The notes below the pieces were generated by a model, which was not told where the DNA came from, did not search any database, and saw only the letters and a list, made by a program, of their open reading frames with translations. A stretch of DNA of 64,000 bases, taken from Vulcanimicrobiota bacterium (lineage in GTDB: Bacteria; Vulcanimicrobiota; Vulcanimicrobiia; Vulcanimicrobiales; Vulcanimicrobiaceae). Each line of letters begins with the position of its first letter. Position 1 is the first letter of the stretch. This document shows, one piece after another, positions 25,646 to 33,181 of the stretch. Location: NCBI GenBank assembly GCA_027452165.1, contig DAIDGX010000026.1:13769-77768 (forward strand), written 5' to 3'. The position numbers were made by a program, and so were the translations under genes.

Positions 25646-26787
25646 CTGCGCAGTCGATCGACCGCCCCGAAGAATCGGTCGATCTCGTCGTCATTCGTGT
25701 AGAAGTGCGGGCTCACGCGAATACCACAACCCGGCCGGTAGTCGGTAAAGATCCGCTCTTCGAGCAACCGCTGCTGCACGGCGTGCGAGCCTTCGAAGTC
25801 GATGCCGATCCAGCCGGTGCGGCTCGCGGGCTCGAGCGGTGTGTTCACGCGCAATCCTCGCTCGAGCGCCATCTCGGCGATGCGGGTGGTCAAGCGCACG
25901 TTGTGCTCGCGAATGGCCGGCACGCCGATTTTGCGAATCAGGTCGTGTCCGGGACGCGCCGTGACGTAGCCGGGGATCGTGGGTGTGCCGTGCCCGAAAC
26001 GCACTGCCGAGGGGGCGTAGCGAATCGGTGCCGCGTCGAAGGCAAAGGGCTCGGCATGCGCCCACCAGCCGGTAACGGCCGGGCGCATGCGCTCGATCAA
26101 GGCGGGCTTGACGTAGATCCAGCCACATCCCGGGCCGCCGAGCAGCCATTTGTGCGAGCCACCGGTGACGAGGTCGAGATCGAGATCGATGACGTCGTAG
26201 GGATAGACGCCCGTCGTCTGATACGCATCGACGCAGAGCAGCGCGCCGACCTCACGGCAGCGCCGTTGAATCGTGGCCAGATCGACGATCGCTCCCGAGA
26301 CGTAGTATGCGTGCGAGATCACGACGAGCGCCGTGCGTTCGGTGATCGTCGCGACGATGCGTTCGGTCGGAATCGTGAAGCCGTCATCCGACGGCACCAC
26401 GCGCGTTATCGCGCCGTAGCGCTCCCATTCGCGCCACACGTAGGTGAGCGAGGGAAACTGCAGCGCTTCGTACACGACCTCGTTGCGTTCGGAGCGAAAG
26501 TCGAAGCAGGTTGCGAGCGCCGCCTGGAGCACCGACACGTTCGGCCCGAGAAAGAGGCTCCCGGACGGCGCTCCGACGATCGCGCCGATCCCGTCGGCGA
26601 TGGCGAGGATTTGGGGAAACCAGCGTTCCCACGCTTCGGGACCTTCGGTCGCCCAGTCGTTCCAGTACTCTTCGAGTGCGGCGCGCGCGCCGAGCGGCGC
26701 CGCTCCCATCGAGTGGCTCACGAGGTACGTCGCGTTTTCGAGTACCGGAAATTGCTCGCGTTCTTTCGCGTGTGTCATCGCGATCAT
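25642..26787 (-). CDS. kynU: Kynureninase
   Basis: The start is trimmed to the ATG at 26787, which overlaps the kynA stop (ATGA). Motifs YLVSHSMGAAP and GGSHKWLLGGPGCGWIYV (compare kynureninase YKYLNGGPG). Located directly downstream of the tryptophan 2,3-dioxygenase gene. Confidence 0.8.
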   Translation of the reverse strand: MIAMTHAKEREQFPVLENATYLVSHSMGAAPLGARAALEEYWNDWATEGPEAWERWFPQILAIADGIGAIVGAPSGSLFLGPNVSVLQAALATCFDFRSERNEVVYEALQFPSLTYVWREWERYGAITRVVPSDDGFTIPTERIVATITERTALVVISHAYYVSGAIVDLATIQRRCREVGALLCVDAYQTTGVYPYDVIDLDLDLVTGGSHKWLLGGPGCGWIYVKPALIERMRPAVTGWWAHAEPFAFDAAPIRYAPSAVRFGHGTPTIPGYVTARPGHDLIRKIGVPAIREHNVRLTTRIAEMALERGLRVNTPLEPASRTGWIGIDFEGSHAVQQRLLEERIFTDYRPGCGIRVSPHFYTNDDEIDRFFGAVDRLRR

Positions 26788-27560
26788 GCGTAGTTCCCTT
26801 CGCCGAGATAGGTGCGCACGTCCCACAATTCCGGAAAGCAGCGGTGGACGAGCGTTTGCTGCAGATACTGCGCGCCTGACGATCCGCCGGTGCCGGTGCG
26901 ATGCCCGATCATGCGCTCGACCATGCGTACGTGGCGGCCACGCCACAAGAGCAGCCGCTCGTCGAACTCGATCAAATCCTCACAGAGCATGTAGAGATCG
27001 TAGTGTTCCTCGGCGTTCGTGTAGATGCGCCGGAAGCTCTCGATCATCTCCTCCGAGGTCGCCGTCGCGAAGCCGCGCCGCGCGAGCAGCATTTTGACGC
27101 GATCGTAGAGCGAGGGAGCATGCAGGCGGGCTTCGAGCCGCGCCCGTTGCGGATCGTTCATCTGGATGTGGCGCAGGGTCTCGGTACGCCGGATGCCGCA
27201 GAGAAACTCCATCTCGCGAAACTGGATGGATTGAAACCCGCTCGCAGGATTGAGGTTGTCGCGAAATTGGTTGAACTCTTGCGGGGTCATCGTCTCAAGC
27301 ACGTCGATCTGCTGCTCGAGCAGTCGCTGGATCGTGTGAATGCGCCGGAAATACTTTGCAACTCGCAGGAGTTCGCCGCGATCGAGCGCGCCGAGCGCCG
27401 CTTCGAGCTCGTGCAACAGTTGCTTGAACCAGAGCTCGTACACTTGGTGGATGATGATGAAGAGCATCTCGTCGTGATGCTCGGGGCGCGAGAGCGGTGC
27501 TTGGAGCGCGAGCAGATCGTCCACGCGCAGGTACGACCCGTAAGAGAGGCGTTCGGTCAC
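26784..27560 (-). CDS. kynA: Tryptophan 2,3-dioxygenase
   Basis: 258 aa. LSYGSYLRVDDLLALQ...EHHDEMLFIIIHQVYELWFKQ is the characteristic TDO N-terminal region. Confidence 0.9.
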   Translation of the reverse strand: MTERLSYGSYLRVDDLLALQAPLSRPEHHDEMLFIIIHQVYELWFKQLLHELEAALGALDRGELLRVAKYFRRIHTIQRLLEQQIDVLETMTPQEFNQFRDNLNPASGFQSIQFREMEFLCGIRRTETLRHIQMNDPQRARLEARLHAPSLYDRVKMLLARRGFATATSEEMIESFRRIYTNAEEHYDLYMLCEDLIEFDERLLLWRGRHVRMVERMIGHRTGTGGSSGAQYLQQTLVHRCFPELWDVRTYLGEGNYA

Positions 27561-27565
27561 GTCCT

Positions 27566-27940
27566 TTACCGTACCGTCACGGTGAAGAGCACGTGTTTTG
27601 CCGGCTGCGCGTTCGCATCGAACGGTCGCGCGTAATCAAACGAAATCGTCGTGGTGCCGCTGCGGTTGGCGTGGTAGATGAAGATCTGCTGGCCGGGAGC
27701 GCCGGGCATCGCCGGTGATGCGTTCTCGACCACGTTCCCTTCGTAGGCGGCGATCTTGCCATCGTCCAAGTGCTGCGTCCACGCGTAACCCGTCGATTGG
27801 TTGGAGGCGAGCGCGATGAAGAACTCCTCGCCCGCGCGTACCGTAATCGGTGCGCCCGCGTCGTTTTCGGTAAAGACCGGCGAGTGGGGCGTCAGCGCGA
27901 GCAAGGCGGTTGCGCCGAGCACGAGCAGCATGCGTTTCAT
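27566..27940 (-). CDS. Secreted chagasin-family (I42) cysteine-protease inhibitor
   Basis: 124 aa with a signal peptide. Motifs SNQSTGYAWT and GAPGQQIFIYHANRSGTTTISFDYARPF. Confidence 0.75.
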   Translation of the reverse strand: MKRMLLVLGATALLALTPHSPVFTENDAGAPITVRAGEEFFIALASNQSTGYAWTQHLDDGKIAAYEGNVVENASPAMPGAPGQQIFIYHANRSGTTTISFDYARPFDANAQPAKHVLFTVTVR

Positions 27941-28258
27941 TTACGGGGTTCCTCCGGTGCGGGCGATCTCGCCGTCGATCGTGCCGCGCAGCACATGCCA
28001 AGCCATCACGAAATCGGCTTGCAGGGAGCGCAACGGCGCGCGAAACGTCTCGGGCTTGTTGTGTTCGATACACGCATGCGAAAACCACGCGGGGCCGTAG
28101 CCGGCCGCCAGTCCGATTGCGACGAGCCAGGGTTTCCGGGCGGCGATCGCACCGAGCACGAGCGCGGTGCCGGCGAGCGTGCCGGCGACATGAAACGCGC
28201 GCGTGCGCGGGTCGCCGTGCGCGCGCAGGTAACGCGGCCAAAACTCTTCGAAGTGCAT
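27941..28258 (-). CDS. DUF962 (Mpo1-like) small membrane protein
   Basis: The start is trimmed to the ATG at 28258. MHFEEFWPRYLRAHGDPRTRAFHVAGT..., 2 TM. The stop abuts the chagasin-like start with a 0-nt gap. Confidence 0.6.
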   Translation of the reverse strand: MHFEEFWPRYLRAHGDPRTRAFHVAGTLAGTALVLGAIAARKPWLVAIGLAAGYGPAWFSHACIEHNKPETFRAPLRSLQADFVMAWHVLRGTIDGEIARTGGTP

Positions 28259-28330
28259 GCTGATCTCCTCGAGCGGGCAGGTGCAAGGGCTTACGGGGCC
28301 CGCGGGCCTTCTCCTCGAACGCAAGCGCGC

Positions 28331-28996
28331 ATGAAGCGTCTTCTTCCGGCGGCAGCGCTCGCTCTTACGCTTGCCGCGTGTTCGCATAGCGCACAGTCCA
28401 CGCAGGCGGGATCGACCGCCGTACCCGAGCCGTCCGCGTCGGCGGCCGCGAATCCGCTCGATTTCCCCCTCTACGACGGAAGCACCGTGCTTGCGTCGCG
28501 GATCTGGCAAGAGAGCGGCGGCGGCGATCGGTTCGCAGGGACCGAAGTGATCGCGCAGACGCCTGCGACCCTTGCCCAACTGAACGCATGGGTCCATGCT
28601 CTTGCGCTCAAGCCCCCGGCAGGATACAGCGTCGCGACGGTATCGGGAACCGGTATCGAGGCTGCGCGCCGCCGCGCCGCGGAGATGGGGATCGACTTCC
28701 AAGTCTTTACGCACGACGTCAAGGGAAAAAACCGCGCCCTCGTCGTCGTCGCCATCGACCCGCACACGTTCGAGACGAAAGCTGGCCCGGTGCTCTCGTT
28801 GATCGATAAGTATAAGCTGCTTCCACAGAGCTTGCGCGATCCGATCGACGCCGAGGTCAAAGCGCGAACCGGCTTCACGGTGAGCGAGGTGCTCGATCCC
28901 GCGACGCCGCTTGGAGCCGCCGTCGATGCAGTGGCCAAGTTGAAGGACTCGAACGAACGCGGCGTGCTGTTGCTCGATGGTGCGAAAACGCGATGA
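28331..28996 (+). CDS. Lipoprotein, function unknown
   Basis: ATG at 28331. MKRLLPAAALALTLAACS (lipobox LAAC). The rest of the 408-aa track ORF upstream is Arg-rich shadow sequence. Confidence 0.65.
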   Translation: MKRLLPAAALALTLAACSHSAQSTQAGSTAVPEPSASAAANPLDFPLYDGSTVLASRIWQESGGGDRFAGTEVIAQTPATLAQLNAWVHALALKPPAGYSVATVSGTGIEAARRRAAEMGIDFQVFTHDVKGKNRALVVVAIDPHTFETKAGPVLSLIDKYKLLPQSLRDPIDAEVKARTGFTVSEVLDPATPLGAAVDAVAKLKDSNERGVLLLDGAKTR

Positions 28997-29703
28997 AACC
29001 GCGCATCGCTCTCGCGCTGATGACGCTCCTGGGCACCTTGGCTGCGACGCCGCGTGGTTACGTCGGCGTCCAAGTGCTTACGATCGTCGGGATGCATTCC
29101 GACGCTGCCGGAAGTCAGAACGGCATCGGTGCGGGCCCGCTTCTCCAAGCACGCTTTGGCGGGCGTCGCTTCGCCGCGCAGATCGAGGGCATCCCCGTCG
29201 TCGGAATTCCTCGACAACGCGCTTCGGCAGCCTACGGTCAAGCAACACCCTCGGTCGGCATCTTTAACGGCGAGGCGTTCGCCGCGATCGACCGCGACGC
29301 GTCGTTGTGGTTTGGCCTCGGGGAGACGATCTACAACCAGCGCACGCCGTTGCCGGCGCAGAATCAAACGGTCTCTTCGCGCCTCGCGGGCTTACGCTAC
29401 GCGCTTGCCTATCACGGAAAGCTGCGCGGGAACCGGTTCGTGGAAGGCTTCTTCGGCGCTGCGCCGTTCCTCAGCGGTACCGATCATTACGTGACCGACA
29501 ACGGCGCGCCGAATGTGGATAAGCCTGAGCGCGCCTCCGAGATCGATGCGTCGCTCGCGTACGGCTGGCAGCGGAACAACACGCAGTGGCTCGTCGGCAT
29601 TCGTACGGTCAACTTCGCCGCACGGTTCATCAATACGGGTGAGCCCGCCGATCGAAACGTCGGCGTCGGGCCGATCGTGGAATGGCGGCGTTTGCTGCGG
29701 TGA
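28993..29703 (+). CDS. Secreted beta-rich (outer-membrane-barrel-like) protein, function unknown
   Basis: The ATG overlaps the upstream stop (ATGA). A signal peptide is present. Alternating-strand pattern (LRYALAYHGKL, IDASLAYGWQ, WLVGIRTVNFAARF). Confidence 0.55.
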   Translation: MKPRIALALMTLLGTLAATPRGYVGVQVLTIVGMHSDAAGSQNGIGAGPLLQARFGGRRFAAQIEGIPVVGIPRQRASAAYGQATPSVGIFNGEAFAAIDRDASLWFGLGETIYNQRTPLPAQNQTVSSRLAGLRYALAYHGKLRGNRFVEGFFGAAPFLSGTDHYVTDNGAPNVDKPERASEIDASLAYGWQRNNTQWLVGIRTVNFAARFINTGEPADRNVGVGPIVEWRRLLR

Positions 29704-29713
29704 TTGCCGGCGC

Positions 29714-30181
29714 TTAGCGCAGAGCGATCCCTTCGAAAGCGAGCAAACGGCGCCGGATCGAGTGCGATCCGGCGCCTTTTATCGTTCCGTCGGCGCCGAC
29801 CACGCGATGTGCGGGAATCAAGAGGTCGTGCGGGCTGCGCCCCATTGCTGCCGCGACCCCGCGGTGCGCGCCCGGGGAGCCGACGACGCGGGCGACGTCG
29901 CCGTACGAGATCACCTCGCCGGTTTCGAGCGATGCGACGAAGGCCCAGACCGCGATTTGAAAAGGCGTTCCATCGAGCACGAGCGGAAGGTCGAAGCGGC
30001 GTAAGCGCCGTGCCGCGTAGGCGCGTACCTGCGCTGCGGCTTCGCGTAGGAGCGGATCCCCCGGCGTGCCCCGCGTCGCCCCGTCCGGCACGAATTCGCT
30101 GCGCACGATGCGCTCGCCGTCGCTTTCGAGCAGCAGACGGCACCCGATGGGCAAGGCGAGCCGAAGGGTTTGATTCCTCAC
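29714..30181 (-). CDS. Ogt/MGMT-like protein with the active-site Cys replaced by Ala (alkyltransferase-like, predicted non-catalytic)
   Basis: DNA-binding domain GTPFQIAVW...ISYGDVARVVGSPGAHRGVAAAMGRSP...LLIPAHRVVGADGTIKG. The canonical motif is PCHRV. An N-terminal Ogt-type domain is present. The start is uncertain: GTG at 30181 is preferred, because the ATG at 30259 would overlap the divergent lipoprotein gene. Confidence 0.75.
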   Translation of the reverse strand: MRNQTLRLALPIGCRLLLESDGERIVRSEFVPDGATRGTPGDPLLREAAAQVRAYAARRLRRFDLPLVLDGTPFQIAVWAFVASLETGEVISYGDVARVVGSPGAHRGVAAAMGRSPHDLLIPAHRVVGADGTIKGAGSHSIRRRLLAFEGIALR

Positions 30182-30240
30182 CGTACGCGGCCTTCGCGGG
30201 AAAGCAGGGAAGGCCCCGGCGTCACGGCAAGCACCCTCGC

Positions 30241-30741
30241 ATGAGAAAGCACTATGCACGTATCGCGCTCCTCTGCGGCGCGCTTGCCGCGCTCGGCGCC
30301 TGCTCGCACAAGACGACGGTGATGACGAGTCAGGGTGCCGCCACGATCGATCGCTCGAACGACGGAAAATCCGTGACGATCACGACGAGTCACGGTACGG
30401 TGAGCATCGACAAAGACGTTGACCCGAGCAAGCTCGGCGCGCCGGTCTATCCGAACGCAACCTCGGTCGGCTCGTTCTCGGGAACGTCGCAGAACGGCAG
30501 CGGGTCGCTTGCGACCTTTACGACCAAGGACGCCTTCGAGAACGTGTATCAGTTCTACAAGTCGAAGCTGCCGGCCGGCGCGGAGAAGATGAAGATGGCG
30601 TCGGGCGGAACGCAGATGGCCGTTTTTAGCATCGGTGACGACAAGAGCGCGGTGCAGACGACCGTTACGATCACGGCGGAAAAGGACACGACGACGATTC
30701 AGATCGCGCACGGGACGAAGGCGCCGGGAGCGAGCAATTAG
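30241..30741 (+). CDS. Lipoprotein, function unknown
   Basis: ATG at 30241. MRKHYARIALLCGALAALGACS (lipobox LGAC). The upstream part of the track ORF is Arg-rich shadow sequence. Confidence 0.65.
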   Translation: MRKHYARIALLCGALAALGACSHKTTVMTSQGAATIDRSNDGKSVTITTSHGTVSIDKDVDPSKLGAPVYPNATSVGSFSGTSQNGSGSLATFTTKDAFENVYQFYKSKLPAGAEKMKMASGGTQMAVFSIGDDKSAVQTTVTITAEKDTTTIQIAHGTKAPGASN

Positions 30742-31611
30742 GTGAGTTTGCGCGGAAAGACCCTTTTTATCTCGGGAGCGAGCCGCGGCATCGGTCTTGC
30801 CATCGCGTTGCGCGCAGCGTCCGAGGGCGCGAACGTGACCATCGTCGCGAAAACGACGGAGCCGCATCCGAAACTTCCCGGTACGATCTATACCGCGGCG
30901 CAAGAGATCGAGGCCGCGGGTGGCAAAGCGTTGCCGATCGCGTGCGACATCCGCTTCGAAGAGCAGGTTGTCGATGCCGTGAAACAGACGGTCGAGCGCT
31001 TCGGCGGCATCGACGCGTGCATCAACAACGCGAGCGCGATCTCGCTCACGGCCACGCTCGAAACCGATATGAAGCGTTACGATTTGATGAATCAAATCAA
31101 CACGCGTGGGACCTTCGTGTGCTCCAAAGCGACGATTCCGTATCTGGCAAAGTCCGGTAACCCGCATGTTTTGAACATGGCTCCGCCGCTCGATATGAAC
31201 CCGCGCTGGTTCAAAAATCACGTAGCGTACACGATTGCCAAGTTCGGCATGTCGATGTGTACGCTCGGCATGAGCGAAGAGCTGCGCGAGCAGCGGATCG
31301 CGGTCAATTCGCTATGGCCGCTCACCGCGATCGATACGGCAGCCGTGCGTAACGTGCTCGGGGGCGACACGATGGCGCACGCGTCGCGCAAGCCGGAGAT
31401 CGTTGCCGACGCGGCGATTGAAATCCTCAAGCGGCCCGCCGCGACGACCACCGGAAATTTCTTTATCGACGAAGAGGTGTTGCGCGAGGCGGGCGTGACC
31501 GACTTTAGCCACTACGCGAACGATCCAGGACGTCCGCTCGTGCCCGACTTCTTTGTGCCGGAGGCCGTGATCGCGCGCTCGGCCACGCCGCTGATGCCGT
31601 TGCCGTGGTAA
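30742..31611 (+). CDS. Short-chain dehydrogenase/reductase (HSDL2-like SDR)
   Basis: GKTLFISGASRGIGLAIALRAASEGANVTIVAKT (TGxxxGxG Rossmann motif). GTG start directly after the upstream stop. Confidence 0.85.
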   Translation: MSLRGKTLFISGASRGIGLAIALRAASEGANVTIVAKTTEPHPKLPGTIYTAAQEIEAAGGKALPIACDIRFEEQVVDAVKQTVERFGGIDACINNASAISLTATLETDMKRYDLMNQINTRGTFVCSKATIPYLAKSGNPHVLNMAPPLDMNPRWFKNHVAYTIAKFGMSMCTLGMSEELREQRIAVNSLWPLTAIDTAAVRNVLGGDTMAHASRKPEIVADAAIEILKRPAATTTGNFFIDEEVLREAGVTDFSHYANDPGRPLVPDFFVPEAVIARSATPLMPLPW

Positions 31612-31615
31612 CGCG

Positions 31616-32368
31616 ATGAGCGAACATATCGTCTATTCCAAGGACGGCGCCGTTGCGTCGCTGCGCTTCAACCGGGCCGAGAAGAAGAATGCCATTACCG
31701 CCACGATGTACGAGGCGCTCGCTGCGGGCCTTGCGGATGCGGCTGCCTCGTCCGAGGTGCGCGTGCTCGCGATTCTTGGCGGCGAGGTCTTTACCGCGGG
31801 CAACGACATCGCCGATTTCGTCAGTGCGGCCACGATGGCGGGCGGAAAGGTGGAGGATCTTGCGGTCGTCACTTTTTTGCGCCAACTGGCGGCCTTCCCA
31901 AAACCGATCGTTGCGGGCGTTAAAGGCGTGGCGATCGGCATCGGAACGACGCTGCTCATGCACTGCGATGCCGTCGTTGCGGGGCATTCGGCGCGTTTCG
32001 CGTTGCCTTTCACGAAGCTTGCGCTCGTGCCCGAGGCCGCCTCGAGCCTGCTTTTTCCGCTCATCGCTGGACGGATGCGCGCGTCGTGGTACCTGCTCTC
32101 CGGCGAGCAGTTCGACGCGGCTACCGCATACGAACTCGGCCTGTTGACCAAGACGTGCGACGACGCCGACGTGGATGGCGCGGTGGCGCTGATGTGCGGT
32201 ACGCTCGCGCAACTTCCAGCACATGCGCTTGCCACGACCAAGCGCTTGCTGAAGGCCCCGTTCGCGCATCTCGTCGATGCAGCGTTCGCCGCCGAATTCG
32301 AGGCGTTTGGCGCCGCGTTACGCTCGAGCGAGGCGGCCGAGGCGTTCATGGCGTTCATGCGCCGCTAG
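31616..32368 (+). CDS. Enoyl-CoA hydratase/isomerase family protein
   Basis: 250 aa. Crotonase-fold motifs LRFNRAEKKNAIT, FTAGNDI and KPIVAGVKGVAIGIGTTLL. Confidence 0.85.
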   Translation: MSEHIVYSKDGAVASLRFNRAEKKNAITATMYEALAAGLADAAASSEVRVLAILGGEVFTAGNDIADFVSAATMAGGKVEDLAVVTFLRQLAAFPKPIVAGVKGVAIGIGTTLLMHCDAVVAGHSARFALPFTKLALVPEAASSLLFPLIAGRMRASWYLLSGEQFDAATAYELGLLTKTCDDADVDGAVALMCGTLAQLPAHALATTKRLLKAPFAHLVDAAFAAEFEAFGAALRSSEAAEAFMAFMRR

Positions 32369-32371
32369 CCG

Positions 32372-33181
32372 ATGCTCGACGAGGTGATTGCGCGCGCCGC
32401 TGCACGTGGTGCCATGCCCGTCGCCTTGGTTCACGCCGACGATCCGCTCTCGCGCGAAGGCGCGTTGGAAGCGCAGCGTCGCGGACTCGTCATACCGCAT
32501 TTTTTCGATACGGCCGAGGGTGCGGCGGCCGCCGCGGCAGCGGGCGACGTGCGCGCGATCGTGAAGGGACACGTGCATAGCGACTCGCTTCTGCACGCGA
32601 TCCTCGCGCAGGCTGGTCTGCGCGGTCAGCGCCGGATGAGCCATGTCGTCGTTGCCGAGATTCCCGGGCGCGAGCAACTGCTCTTGGTGAGCGATGCGGC
32701 GGTAAACATCGCTCCCGACCTCGATACCAAGCGGGAGATCGTGCAGAACGCAATCGGTGTCGCACACGCACTCGGCATCGCTCGGCCGCGCGTCGCCGTG
32801 CTCGCGGCGGTGGAGACGGTTGCCGCGCGCATGCCCTCGACGATCGACGCGGCGGCGCTTACGGAGATGGCGACGCGGGGGCAGATCGAGGGCGGCATCG
32901 TCGATGGCCCGCTCGCCTTCGACGACGCGATCGATCCGCAGGCGGCGCGCGCGAAAGGCATCGTTTCACCGGCTGCGGGCTGTGCCGATATCGCGATCGC
33001 GCCGAACCTCGATGCGGCAAACATCATGTACAAAATGCTCGAACGGCTTGTCGGCGCGCGGTGTGGCGGCGTTGTGGTGGGTGCGGCTGTGCCCGTGATC
33101 CTCACGAGCCGAGCCGACAGCGTCGATGCGCGTGTCGTCTCGTGTGCGATCGCCTCGCTCTACGCCTCCTCGAGCGCATAA
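32372..33181 (+). CDS. Phosphate acetyl/butyryl-transferase family protein (PTA_PTB)
   Basis: 269 aa. MSHVVVAEIPGREQLLLVSDAAVNIAPDLDTKREIVQNAIGVAHALGIARPRVAVLAAVE is typical of phosphate acyltransferases. Confidence 0.75.
   Translation: MLDEVIARAAARGAMPVALVHADDPLSREGALEAQRRGLVIPHFFDTAEGAAAAAAAGDVRAIVKGHVHSDSLLHAILAQAGLRGQRRMSHVVVAEIPGREQLLLVSDAAVNIAPDLDTKREIVQNAIGVAHALGIARPRVAVLAAVETVAARMPSTIDAAALTEMATRGQIEGGIVDGPLAFDDAIDPQAARAKGIVSPAAGCADIAIAPNLDAANIMYKMLERLVGARCGGVVVGAAVPVILTSRADSVDARVVSCAIASLYASSSA

Noticed and set aside
27770-28330. N-terminal ~185 aa of the 408-aa plus-strand ORF, and the N-terminal part of the 274-aa minus-strand ORF 27941-28765.
   Set aside because: Both extensions are Arg-rich and mutually overlapping. 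Internal ATGs give a clean lipoprotein signal peptide (28331) and a DUF962-like protein (28258) respectively.
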